Assembly (NCBI RefSeq): GCF_009914755.1
Contig: NC_060927.1
Source: the human T2T-CHM13v2.0 reference genome, Homo sapiens
Strand: one strand, 5' to 3'
Length of the DNA stretch: 64,000 nucleotides
This document shows positions 17,750-29,240 of this stretch, one piece after another; positions within the stretch are counted from its first letter, which is position 1; every line of letters starts with the position of its first letter. Below the pieces are notes generated by a model that did not search any database, had not been told where the DNA came from, and was given only the letters and a program-made list of their open reading frames with translations. Position numbers and translations under genes: made by a program.

Positions 17750-18860
17750 TGTGAGACAGCTGGGGGTGATGGGACACAGGGCGGGCCCTTCCTGGTGCCT
17801 GGGGCGGCCAGGTCCCCTTGTCCCCCCTGTGTCAGGGCTCCCGTGCTTCCTCGCCCTTCTCTCCTAACATCTAAGGCAGGAGGCAGGGCCTTCTCGCCCC
17901 CCGCCATAATATAACCTGCCACCAGGAGGCGCTGTTCTACAGGATGGAGAGTGGGGAGCTTGGAGGAGAGAGCACGACCCCCTGCTGCTGCCGCAGGATG
18001 TTGCCCTTGATTCTAGGCAGAGACAGGAGGCATCAGACAGCTGTGACAGCCATGGAGCTCCCCTACCACTTCTGAGCCAGAGGGAAGACTTTGGAGAAGC
18101 AGAAGCCCAAAGACACTGCTGGGAGATTGGTCTGTGCTCTGGGAGAACCCTAGGTTGTGTTTCCCGTGTACAAGCCACCGATCTTGTGGAAGGTACCACC
18201 ACTCCCAGCCCCGCTTGGCTGAGGGCTGCGGGCCACAGGTTTTCAGGACCGTGCTTGTGGTTGGAGGCTGTGGACTCAAGTGCGGCTGGCCCGGGACTTT
18301 CACAGGGCGCAGGGCCGGCTAGGGGAAGGCCCAGCTGTGAACTGATAAGGGGGTTTTACAGTCTAGGCCAGCACTTCTTCCCCTTTCACGGGCAAACGTG
18401 ACATTCTTTTTCAGCACCTGTACTCACCCAGCTGCATCAAGGCGGACCAGACTTGTCCAACTCACAGCCCCAAAAGTCAGGGCAGAATAAAGCACAGTGG
18501 CTGATTTTAGCATTTTTAAAATAGAAATGTGAGTCAGCACCTGATGGACCTCACAGATCCCTGCTATGCCACGAGGGCTGCTGACTGGCCTTAAAAGCTC
18601 AGGGTGGCCCGGGGAGCTCTCAGAGCAGGCCTGCTTCTCACAGCTGAGCCGCTCAGTGCTGGGGGCTGGTGTTGAGTGGGTGGGAACCAGCCAGGTTCCC
18701 CGTGGAGTCTGTGCAGGAGGCTCTGGAGGGTCTGGGGTAGATTCCCTGGGGAGAGACTTCTGTCATTTGCTTCCTCCAAGGCAGCCTCAGGGTCTAGCTG
18801 GCAAGTGGTCACTTTCCTGCAGAAACATGCTATCCTCCTGTTCTATCAGATAAGGAGGGC
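17750..18860. promoter_or_regulatory. GC-rich candidate upstream enhancer or alternative promoter of TIGIT
   Basis: Non-repetitive and GC/CpG-elevated; GC boxes near 17780 and 17800, TATAA 17910-17914, RUNX TGTGGT 18256-18261, NF-kB-like GGGACTTTCA 18293-18302, MARE/AP-1 TGAGTCAGCA 18530-18539. Confidence 0.5.
17919..17933 (+). promoter_or_regulatory. Candidate CTCF site
   Basis: CCACCAGGAGGCGCT, one mismatch to the core CCACCAGGGGGCGCT, in a locally CpG-rich unique segment. Confidence 0.65.
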
Positions 18861-18994
18861 AGAATGAAGAGGTTGGGTGGAACCCTGGCCTTGGAGTCTG
18901 GAGACTAGGATTTTACTCTTGACAAAGCACATTATATAGATAGGGATATTGTCCTCCAATTTTCCTTTCACTTCCTTAATTAATATTGTTATCA

Positions 18995-19200
18995 ATACTA
19001 CTGTTGATGTATTGAACTCCTGCCATCTTCCAGGCACTGTGCTGAACACTTCACCAAACACTAGTGCATTAAATCCTCACAACCCTATGAAAGAGGTACT
19101 CTTATTCCTATATGCACATGGGGAAACTGAGCCTTCAGGAGGTTGAGAAAGTTTTCCAAGGTCACCAAACAGGATGACTTTGGACCCAGTCTGTTAATCA
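18995..19200 (-). mobile_element. MIR SINE
   Basis: CCAGGCACTGTGCT...AATCCTCACAACCCTATGA...GGAAACTGAG core. Confidence 0.8.
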
Positions 19201-20699
19201 TCCCCCTCTAGAGCACCATTGATCAAAATGGACTTGACCATATTCCTCTTTGGACTGGTTACTTAGCAAAAAACAGAAAAATTATTTAACAATTGTTTAA
19301 AACCACCTCTAAGTTTCTCTGGATATCTCATTATATAAGAGAGGTCTCACCTCTTTGGCTCCCACCCAGCTCAACTATGGAAACACAGGCTGTAAATTTT
19401 TATAGCCCAAATCCTAGTGTCCACCACTTTCTGTGCTCTAGTCCCACTAGCTGCTCTTGGCCCTGCCACTCCTGGCTCCCCGGCCTTAGTGAGTTTGGGA
19501 AACATCCCTCCAGTTCAACCTTGGCACCTTCCCTTGGACACACATTAGGTATTATTTCTCCTTCAGCTGAAGGCTTTGTAGCTATTGAAAGGCAAGGCAT
19601 CTCTTGATGTGAGCCTTGAAGGACAGGTTGCTTTGGGTAGGCAGAGAGAAGCTGGTAAGGCGTATATTGTCTAAGGGTCTGGAGGTGGGGTATAAGGGGT
19701 ATACAAGTCATAGAGTTGGGGATAGGCAGAACCCAGAGAGGGGAGAAAACTGGCCTGAGATAGAAGACCTTGCAAGGGAGAAGGAGGGTAGGAGCCTGGA
19801 TGGTGTGAAATGCTAGAGGTGCATGGCTGGAATGGAGGGGGTGGGGCACCAGGCTTCAGATGCTTCTGGGTGCAGATGCAGATTTTCAGGATGTACAACA
19901 TGGAGCATCCCCAAGGCAACTGTGTTGAGAGCCTGCGAGGCAGGTGAATGTGGATCTTCTACCCCCTCTCCTGACTGAGTTCACCAAGGAACAAGCTTTG
20001 TAAACTATTTGAGGGTAGGGGCTGTGATTATTTACTCTCATATCCTCAGAGCCTGGTGTTGAGGTTGGTGCTTTGTAGGCACCCAGGGACTTTCAAATGA
20101 ATGAAGGGAGGGAGGGAGGAAAGAAGGATGGGTCCATAGTAGGACCTGGTGATGGGCTGGGAGCTCCAGGCAAATGTCAACCAATCCCTCTCCTGGGTCA
20201 GCTCCCAGGGGCTCACCCTTCTTTGCATTTCCAGCTCTCATGAGGTCATTGTGCACAGGAAAGCTCTCTCCTCTAATCTCCTCTGATCCTACTGCACCAG
20301 AGAAATCAAGCCAGAATTCAACAAAGTCTCAGTCCAGATAAACAAGACAAAAGAAATAAGATTCGAGTAGAAGATCTCCTTCAAGGGAAAGTTGCTGTGT
20401 TTGTCCAAGACCTTTGTCCCATCCATGTATCATCCCCCAAGTAAACACTTCTTGTTCACCTGTTCATTAGATTTCAAGTGCAGTCCCTGGCCTGTAAGTC
20501 CCTACAATGATAAGTTTCTCTTATCATTGCACATTCTTCATCAGGAGGATGCCAGAGGAGCTCAGCCAACAGTTCCTCATCAGTAGCAGATTCTTCAGAA
20601 TCTTGGGCACTACACAGATGCCCTTGAGCTCTTTGAATAAAGGCTGATTTTTAGAAAAAACATTAAGACAGAACTTAAAAACAATAGATTGACTATAAT

Positions 20700-20956
20700 C
20701 CAAAGACGAGTGTACCTCTAACCACAATTTTCATTTATTTTTAAATGTTTCCTTCATGGCCTTTCTTGTGGCTCACCCTATGCAGTTTGTGTATTTGTTG
20801 ACAACTTTATGTGTTTTTAATATGGTTTTTGCCAAACTTGGTTTTTCCGAGACCGTCTTTTCTCAGAGGCTCAGTTTTACCGTCCTATCTGCAGTCGGCT
20901 ACTTTCAGTGGCAGAAGAGGCCACATCTGCTTCCTGTAGGCCCTCTGGGCAGAAGC
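20700..20956 (+). promoter_or_regulatory. TIGIT: TIGIT proximal promoter and 5' UTR
   Basis: Immediately upstream of the ATG; RUNX AACCACA 20720-20726, E-box CATCTG 20924-20929, ETS CTTCCTG 20930-20936; no TATA box evident. Confidence 0.6.
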
Positions 20957-21017
20957 ATGCGCTGGTGTCTCCTCCTGATCTGGGCCCAGGGGCTGAGGCA
21001 GGCTCCCCTCGCCTCAG
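20957..21017 (+). CDS. TIGIT: TIGIT coding exon 1 (signal peptide)
   Basis: AGCATGCGC start, MRWCLLLIWAQGLRQAPLAS(G); donor CAG|GTAAGG; 61 nt, phase 1. Confidence 0.97.
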
Positions 21018-22439
21018 GTAAGGCCTGAAACCCAGCAGAGCAGCAGGGAGGAAAAACAAGGCTAAGCTTGGTTGGAGACTTGGGTGCTTGTGTAGGGAAG
21101 ACTCCAAGAGCATGCCACAGCTGCTTGAGAGAAAGAAATTGCAACTTTTAGAGTCCTGTGTACTCTTATTTAAGAAAGGACAATCTCTGAGAATGAGGTG
21201 GGGTTCTGTTTTTGGTGGCAGATGAAGGACTTTGCAGACTTGCGGGGTTGGAGGAGCCTGACTGGCCAGCACAAGAAGGAGCAGGAGAAGAAGAAGGGCT
21301 GGGCAGGAGGCATTGCCAGTTTGCTTTTAGAAGCTCATTCCTGCTCCAGCTTCTTTTCTGTTGCCTTTCAGGAACTTTCCAGGAAAACATTATAAGTTCT
21401 CTGTGAATTGAAAATGTCTTTTTCACAGATTCCAGAGGTTCTACCACTAGAGACTGATTTTTTGTTAAATTTATTTCTTCTATATTAAAAATCAGAGTCA
21501 AATATTTCTGAGGGAGGGGAACACAAATATTTAAAAACTGTGGTATAAATTAGTTTTTATGTTGCCTTCTGAACTATCTGAGGATGGAGATGTGCCCAGG
21601 GTTGCTGGGGAGAGGTTAAGTGCTGAGAGGGTGGTTATGCCTGGGAGAAGCAGGGTTTCCTGCTAAGCTTCCTTTGCTATTGGATTTCTTGGCTTTCCTG
21701 AAGGTTTTTTCAGGCACTGCAAATGACAATCAACCAAACAGCAAGGTTTTATTTCAAAGGATAATGCATCCAGCATAGAACTAGGCCGCAGGAAGAAACA
21801 TAAAAACAAAACAAAATAAAAACAGAAGAGGTGGTATCAGCTGACAAGGGCTTATATTCTAAGTGGGTAGACAAAATAGGCCTACGAAAATAACAAGCTG
21901 GCCATGAAGCTACATAGCAGAATATGCGAGGGGGCAACGTGCTAAGTTGTGTAGTCATAAGCCAGGCATTTAGTAAGGTGCTAATTATACAATACAGGCA
22001 GTGAATGTGAAAGGAAAAGGGAGGTTGAGATGGGCTGAGGTCTTCTAGGAGGCGGGGAGGGAGTGCAGCCTTGACAAGCCTCCCTGTGGGCGAGGTGTAA
22101 AGAGGGGCAGAAGTCAGCTCTGGAAGCCTAGGGCAGTGGGTGGGGAGGAGATGGGCTGGGCTGGGCTGGAGTAGAGATGTGTGGAGAAGGGTGAGAAGAC
22201 TGGAAAGACAACCTGAATGGGGGACTGGGAGCCTTGAATAACAGGCATGGAGAGGAGCGTCTCTTGAAATGGAAGAAACAGGAAATAATTACAGCCTCTA
22301 TGGAGGAGCAACAGGATGGACTGGAGAAACTATCATTCCAAAATCCAGTTGGGGCCTCAAAGGCCCTTAGAATTTTTCTAGGAAGGTTGAAGGCCAGCTG
22401 CTGACCCAGGACTCACATGTGCTTCGTCCTCTTCCCTAG

Positions 22440-22769
22440 GAATGATGACAGGCACAATAGAAACAACGGGGAACATTTCTGCAGAGAAAGGTGGCTCTAT
22501 CATCTTACAATGTCACCTCTCCTCCACCACGGCACAAGTGACCCAGGTCAACTGGGAGCAGCAGGACCAGCTTCTGGCCATTTGTAATGCTGACTTGGGG
22601 TGGCACATCTCCCCATCCTTCAAGGATCGAGTGGCCCCAGGTCCCGGCCTGGGCCTCACCCTCCAGTCGCTGACCGTGAACGATACAGGGGAGTACTTCT
22701 GCATCTATCACACCTACCCTGATGGGACGTACACTGGGAGAATCTTCCTGGAGGTCCTAGAAAGCTCAG
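22440..22769 (+). CDS. TIGIT: TIGIT coding exon 2 (IgV domain)
   Basis: Acceptor CTTCCCTAG|G; MMTGTIETTGNIS...LQC...VTQVNW...AICNADLG...DTGEYFC..HTYP...VLESS, with the PVR-family VTQ, AX6G and TYP motifs; donor CAG|GTATTC; 330 nt. Confidence 0.98.
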
Positions 22770-22845
22770 GTATTCCTGCTGGAGCAAGTTGGTGGATAAA
22801 CCTCTCCCTCTAGCATAGAAAATGCAATCCTGAAACACTGCACAG

Positions 22846-23023
22846 CAGGGCTTCTCAATTCGGGATCACATTTGAATCACCTGAGGAGATTTTAAATCAT
22901 ACTGATGCCGAGGCCTCACCCAGACCAATTCAATCAGAATCCCTAATAGCAGAGCTAAACAAGGGTAAGGTCTAAAAGCATTTCCAGGTGATTCTAATGG
23001 GCAGCCAATACTGAGAACCACTG
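22846..23023. mobile_element. MER5-family hAT-Charlie MITE
   Basis: CAGGGCTTCTCAA...GAATCACCTG...AATCAGAATC...CCAGGTGATTCTAATG..CAGCCA...TGAGAACCACTG. Confidence 0.8.
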
Positions 23024-23315
23024 TTCTTATGTAAGAAGCACATCTTACCTATATTTCCTAGGAAGACCAGTTGATGAGGTCATATGCAAAAGTTCCCATT
23101 TATTGGTTTAGTATAATTGTGCAAATTAGAATTAACCCCTAAGTGTATAAAGAGTAGAGCTGGTTAAAAACATAGCCTGTGCTAAGTTTAATTGTACAGT
23201 AATTTACATTTGTGTGGTACTTCCAAGTTTCCCAAATGCCCTCATATTTGTTATCCACCTGTACATTTAAACCAATTCCCAGAGGTTAGAAAAGGATTCT
23301 TATCTTATCTGAGAG

Positions 23316-23562
23316 ACAGTATAGCACCATGGTTAAAAGCTCAGACTCTGACACCAGACAGTCTGGGTGCAAATCCTGGCTCTGCTGTTGCCCTCAGACA
23401 GGATTTCTTAGCTTCTCTGTGTATCAGTTTTCTCATCTGTGAAAGGAGGATGAATATAAGACCTTATGCGATGCTAATGTAGGATTAAATTCCCTACTAC
23501 AAGAAAATGGTCTTAGAACAATGCCTGGAACATGGTAAGTGCTGTATAAGTGTTAACTATTA
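23316..23562 (+). mobile_element. MIR SINE
   Basis: ACAGTATAGCA...GGTTAA...CTGGGTGCAAATCCTGGCTCTG...CAGTTTTCTCATCTGTGAAA...TGCCTGGAACATGGTAAGTG. Confidence 0.82.
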
Positions 23563-23787
23563 GTATGATTCCCATTTGTTTGATGCAGGCAGAAGCTGGA
23601 GCTTGGAGTTGCTCAGAGTGGTAGAGCTGATTTTAACACAGATGTTTTTGTTCTACTAAACTGCATCCTCAGAACTCCTATTTACTGCTGTCAGTTATGT
23701 TGAAGATTAAGTTATATGGTTGCAAAATATGTGTAAACTGAGAAGATAAAAGGTTACCTTAAAGTTTCCTTTCAAATGTTACTTCTT

Positions 23788-24055
<268 letters not shown>

Positions 24056-26490
24056 TTACTTCTTAACTGATTTCACATAGGCCAAACAAAGACCGGTTAA
24101 GAGTTGAGGCTCTGGAATTGCACTGTCTGGGGTTGACTATTGCAGTTGACCCCACGAAGTCTGGGTAAATTATGTACTTTTTTTCTCAGTTTTCTTGTCG
24201 ATAAAATGTGGCAAATAATTTCATGAGCTGATACAAGTAAGGTCTTACAACAGTGCTAGATAGGTAATAAGCTTAACTTCATAAGGGCTAGTTTTTATGC
24301 TATTTATTGGTTCATGGTTAGAGGAGGCCTGGGACAATAAGCAGGGCAGGGGACCTAGATTCTGGCAAAGTAACCAAGTGATGGCCTTGACCATTCTGGG
24401 CTCTTTACCCCAGTGTCATATGCCAGAGGACCCATCACCAGACGGCAGGACCGGGAACAGGGAGGGAGTTCATCAGGCAGAAGGCCCCTGTGGAGTGGTA
24501 GTACCAGCAACTGAAGACCAAATGGGAGCTATGTCTGGTTGCTAATCTCCAGGCCAGGCCATTCATGGAGATCGGTGGTCCTGACATGCACACTCCTCCC
24601 CAAGACCACAGTGGCACGGCTATTTCCCAGCCTGAACCTGGGGAAATGAAGGTGCAAATTTCTTCTCTGTGGCTCATGGACCCCTGGGGAGAGAGATCAG
24701 AAGATGTTCTATTGGACCCCTGTGCAGCCTCCCCACAAAGCCTGTATGTTTCCACCCTTTTGCCATTGCAGACTCCAGGGAACACCATTGGTCACTCGGC
24801 TCTTCCCTCTTGTTTCCCAAGTGGTCAGTTGCTTATGTGGAATGCAAACTCTCCTTAATTACTTGCATTAGCACAAACCCTGGCTTCTTTTTGAACCTAA
24901 TCTCAAACCTTAGTCCAAGTCCCTATCCTAATACTATCTGTAATATTTAAGCTATTCCTAACCTTAATGCTAAAATTGTACTTAACCCCAAAGTCAACCT
25001 GGTTAATAGGCAGAAGTTTTAAGTAACCCTTATACAGAGTCTGCCCCTTCCCCACCCTGCATGTAGTGATGTCATGCTTACTCAGGGCTGCTTCTGTTTC
25101 AAAGACCTTGATATCTTTGTTCTATGACCATAACTGTGAATGGAGACATTGGTGCTTTTATTTCAAACCAAAAATTCCAAATGAAATTGATACATCTAAT
25201 ATCCCAAGTTCCACTCTGGTCCCAATTGTATCTCGAACTTATCCTTAAACCTAACCAAACTCATTATCATAATCTTCCCTAAACCTCAACATGCTTTTCA
25301 CTCCGTCTATCTTCATCTGTCCCCAAGGTGTAAGAGAACCCAGGCCTAACCCTGCCTCCAATCTGGCTCTGTCCCCAAACTGATCATATATCCTTTCCTG
25401 GTTTTATGGATAGCCCTCTGCAGCCCCTCTTACCTGCTGCAGTGTGTTCTCTATGACCCCTGTGCTTTCCATCTGTCCTCTTTACTCCAGAGCTAACTGT
25501 ATGGCTATGGCTAACCAGAAGCCGTCCTGGCCAACTGTGACTGAGTCCCTCAAGGCAGGAGGAACATGTTCTGGGGAATTTGAATTGTGCAGGCACCACC
25601 CTTGTCTTATGGATTGGATTCCTAAGCCACCTTTTAGCAACCCAGACCCTTAGGTAGAGGGATGAGATGTGAGGCTTCTGCTGCATCCTTTGAAGACTCC
25701 CCTGGATACCTGAGCCCTACCTGAGCTGCTGGGGCAGACTGGAAACCTACCTACAGCGCAGCATGCATGGGGGTGATGGTGTTCTTTTTCTCACATTCTT
25801 CTTGGGTCAGATCTTACTCATCTCTTCAAAACTCCCCTCCTGCATCTTCTTGCTTCCACTTACATGTTATCTCTTAATGAAATGCACTAGTTCATGATTT
25901 CACTTATGCCACAAATATTTATATTTACTGAGCATTCGCTATGTGTCAGATGCTGAGAAAACAGCAAAGGATAAGAGTCCAGAGCCTCATGCCCTCCAGG
26001 GTTTCACAGCCTAGCTGGAAATAAGTGTTATAGGCTTAAGGGAAAAGGTTACATACTTTTTTTCATTTTTGTAATTTAATGTTAACTTTATTTTAATTTT
26101 GAATTAAATATTTTTATTGATATGATTTCATATTTGAAGTTCAATAAAAGAAAATATTCACTTTCTGAGTTTTTTTCTGGAACTACTATTTGTTTCATTT
26201 CATGATTACCAAAAATGATTTTGTCAAATAGAAGAAACGAATGTTAAAATGACCTGCTCTGGTATCAAATATACAAGGTACACCACTGCTGAAAATATCA
26301 GTCATTGATTTCATGATGGGCCAGATGGATACTCTGCTGTTCAAAGTGTTGGGCTTAAAGGCTCCAGTCCCATGGTTACACAAAGGGCTTGGCCAATCCT
26401 CCCCTCTCTGCCGTGAAGCTCAGGCTGCCCTGGGGAAATCAGCTTCACTTCTGGCTTCTGCCACTCATCTCTGTTTTGTCCTCCCTCTAG

Positions 26491-26597
26491 TGGCTGAGCA
26501 CGGTGCCAGGTTCCAGATTCCATTGCTTGGAGCCATGGCCGCGACGCTGGTGGTCATCTGCACAGCAGTCATCGTGGTGGTCGCGTTGACTAGAAAG
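26491..26597 (+). CDS. TIGIT: TIGIT coding exon 3 (stalk and transmembrane helix)
   Basis: Acceptor CTCCCTCTAG|TG; (V)AEHGARFQIPLLGAMAATLVVICTAVIVVVALTRK; donor AAG|GTAATG; 107 nt. Confidence 0.97.
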
Positions 26598-27042
26598 GTA
26601 ATGGCTCCGGCTGCACACCGCAGTCATGGGCACCCCCACGTCTGGCACCCGGGTCCTTTCAGGTTCTCTTTCCACCCAGAGAGAGACCCAGATGTGATCT
26701 TCCCGAGTGCTCTTTGTGCCTTTTTCCTGGCATTTGTTCTGCCTATTAGTGCAGTTATTTATGCTCTTCCGTTGTCCCTCTCATAGGGAGGGACCCCCTG
26801 GACAGCTGGACCTGTTTCCTACCCATCTTGCTGTCATTTGTAACTCCTGGTTTCTGCTTATCCCTTAAGCCACTGCTCTGAGAGTTTAATTTATCTACTA
26901 TGATTTTGATGCATCGTGGGCATCTATATATGCTAGAGCTTTCTGCACATTAGCTCTTTTGATTATTACAACTCTCTGGTAGTGCTAGGTTACCCAGCAT
27001 GTCTGTAGAATGAGAAATAAACACTCCAGAAATGTAGGGTTA

Positions 27043-27281
27043 GGCCAGGAGCTGTGGCTCACACCTCAGAAGCCACAGATATGGCTGGTGCTATTGGGAA
27101 AGTCAATGATCTGTAATATTTTCATTTATGTGTTGGCTATCACAATAGACATAATTCCACCCACTCGGGAGACTGTGGCGGGAGGATCACTTGACTCTAG
27201 GAGTTCAAGGCTGCAGTGAGCTATGACTGCACTCCAGCGTGGGCAACAGAGCAAGACTCTATCTCTAAAAAAAAAAAAAAA
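27043..27281 (+). mobile_element. FRAM or old Alu monomer interrupted by a non-Alu insert
   Basis: GGCCAGG..GTGGCTCACACCT [insert] TAATTCC...GGGAGGATCACTTGA...GGCTGCAGTGAGCTATGA...GGGCAACAGAGCAAGACTCT plus A-tail. Confidence 0.85.
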
Positions 27282-27474
27282 TTGGTGGTAAAGTGGGCAT
27301 GGCAAGATCAGCAGGTTGTAAATCCTCTGTTTAGCTTAAGAGCTTATGTGGCTGAAAGAGTAATGAATGGGGAATTGAAAGATCTAGTTTCTAGTTTTGG
27401 CACTGAGTGTATGCTTTTAGGAAAGTTACTTAATCTTTCAAGGTCTTCATTTCCTTATATATAAAATGGGGATT

Positions 27475-27860
27475 TGTCTTAGTCTATTTTCTGCCGCTGT
27501 AACAGAATACAATTATTGGGAAATTTATAAAGAAAAGAAGTTTATTTGGCTCATGGTTCTGGAGGCTGGGAAGTCCAGGAGCATGGTGTATTTGGCGAGG
27601 TTCATCCCACGGCAGAAGGCATCATGTGATGAGTGCATGCATGTGAGAGAGAGAGAGAAATGAGGCCAAATTCATCCTTTTAATTAGGAACTTACTCCCA
27701 TGATACCTAACCCACTCCTGAGATAATGGCATTAATCCCTTCATGAGGGCAGATCTTCATGGCCTAATCACCTCTTAAAAGCATTACCACTTAATACTAT
27801 TACAATGGTAATTAAGTTTCCAACACATGGCCTTTTGGGGGACACATTAAAACCATAGCT
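27475..27860 (-). mobile_element. MST (MSTC/D-like) MaLR solo LTR inserted in a MIR (about 27345-27950)
   Basis: TGTCTTAGTCT...AAGAAAAGAAGTTTATTTGGCTCATGGTTCTGGAGGCTGGGAAGTCCA...GGGGGACACATT.AAACCATAGC. Confidence 0.8.
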
Positions 27861-28766
27861 GTATTATAATTCGGCTTACTCTATATCATAGAGTTGTGAT
27901 GAACAAGTGGCATATTTCATGTAAAATCTTTATAAATAACAAAGAATTATATCAGTGAAATTTATGTCATCAGCTACTGGTATTGATTGGGAGGAGTGAA
28001 AGAATTTCCACTCCTTGTTTTGTCTGATCTCTTGGGCCCTTTAAGTCAGCTCAGCCCAGGTCACCTTAATTCAAGTCACCACATAAATATTTTGGGAAAC
28101 ACAAGTTTGTAATTTCTACCTTTACCCCAGACCCTCCACCTGAGATCCTAACCCACTTTTCCTCCAACTCTAATTCCATTCAATTAACAACTCAATTCTG
28201 CAGCCTGGTTGAACTGCAGTGGCTGAGACATGGCTGGTGCTATTGGGAAAGTCAATGATCTATAATATTTTCATTTATGTGTTGGCTATCACAATAGACA
28301 TAATGAGGAAATGAACCCTCTATGGGAAGGTGAGGACAAGAGAAATGATTGAATAGAGGGGGGAGGTGAAGAAGATGAAAGTTGATCTCTTAGCTGGGAA
28401 GGGAGCTGCTATGGTGGTTGGTGAACAGGTTCTCTGCTGTTAGCAGTGTCCTGATGGTCTGGAATAAAAGAATCAAAGGCTCTTTAGAAGGAGCTGAACA
28501 ACTTTTCCTGTTAAGGATTCAAGACTGGTTAATTTTCATTCTGGGCACCTGGACTAACTTTGGTCATCTGGAGGGTAGAGAAAGAGAAAAAGGTGAAGAG
28601 ACCTATTGAGTCCTGTTGCTCCCTTTCTACAGTGTTTGATTCCCCAGCCCTCTCTGACATTTCCACTGCTTCCTGTGTAGTGTGGGTCCTCTCTGCATCT
28701 TTCCTGTGCTTTGGATATAGTTGTCAGTCTTCTGTCTCTCTCTCCTTGCTCAAAGCATTTTATAGT

Positions 28767-29240
28767 TGCATTATTCAGGGTTCCAGCAGGGAACACGTAG
28801 TACTCAAACTGGGTTGTTTGAAGACAGTTTAATAATAGGATTTCCAGAAGTCTAGTAGGATGTAAGGACACCACAAGGAGGAGTAGCAAGGTGCTGTAAC
28901 CATTCCTAGTTCTTCAAAGGGTAGGGGAGGGGCTAATTATTGGAGCCTGGAAGGAGAGAGTTATGTGGAGGGGTCTCCTTCAGAAGTGCTGTAGTCTTTG
29001 CTGGAGGGTCACAACCAGTCCAAGGCCACCCTGCAGAAAGAACAAAGGGAACTACATACCCTCATCTCATTCCTCTCTCCATTCCCCTACTGTTGCTTTG
29101 CATTGGCTGACCTCAAACTTAGGATGGAGGATAAGGGGACTCATTGATGTAGTACATTTAGTACAGTCTTCATAGGGCACAGAATAGGGTGGAGAAGGTT
29201 AGAGAGCAGAGCCAAGAGGCAAATGGCTGGTATCCATTCA
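28767..29240 (-). mobile_element. Old ERVL-class LTR (LTR40-like)
   Basis: CAGGGTTCCAGCAGG...ACTCAAACTGGG...TTTAATAA...CATTGGCTGA...GGCACAGAATAGGGTGGAGAAGG; subfamily from memory. Confidence 0.5.

Noticed and set aside
24414-24652. Possible vestigial Ig exon in TIGIT intron 2 (VICQ...VEW*YQQ...QDHSGT)
   Set aside because: In-frame stop, C-to-W spacing of 25 aa, no YxC motif, and the frame does not fit the phase-1 acceptor; a profile HMM hit would be needed
26313-26490. Upstream part of the 157-aa ORF as a separate gene or longer exon
   Set aside because: It is the intronic extension of the TIGIT exon 3 frame; a clear acceptor at 26489-26490 explains it
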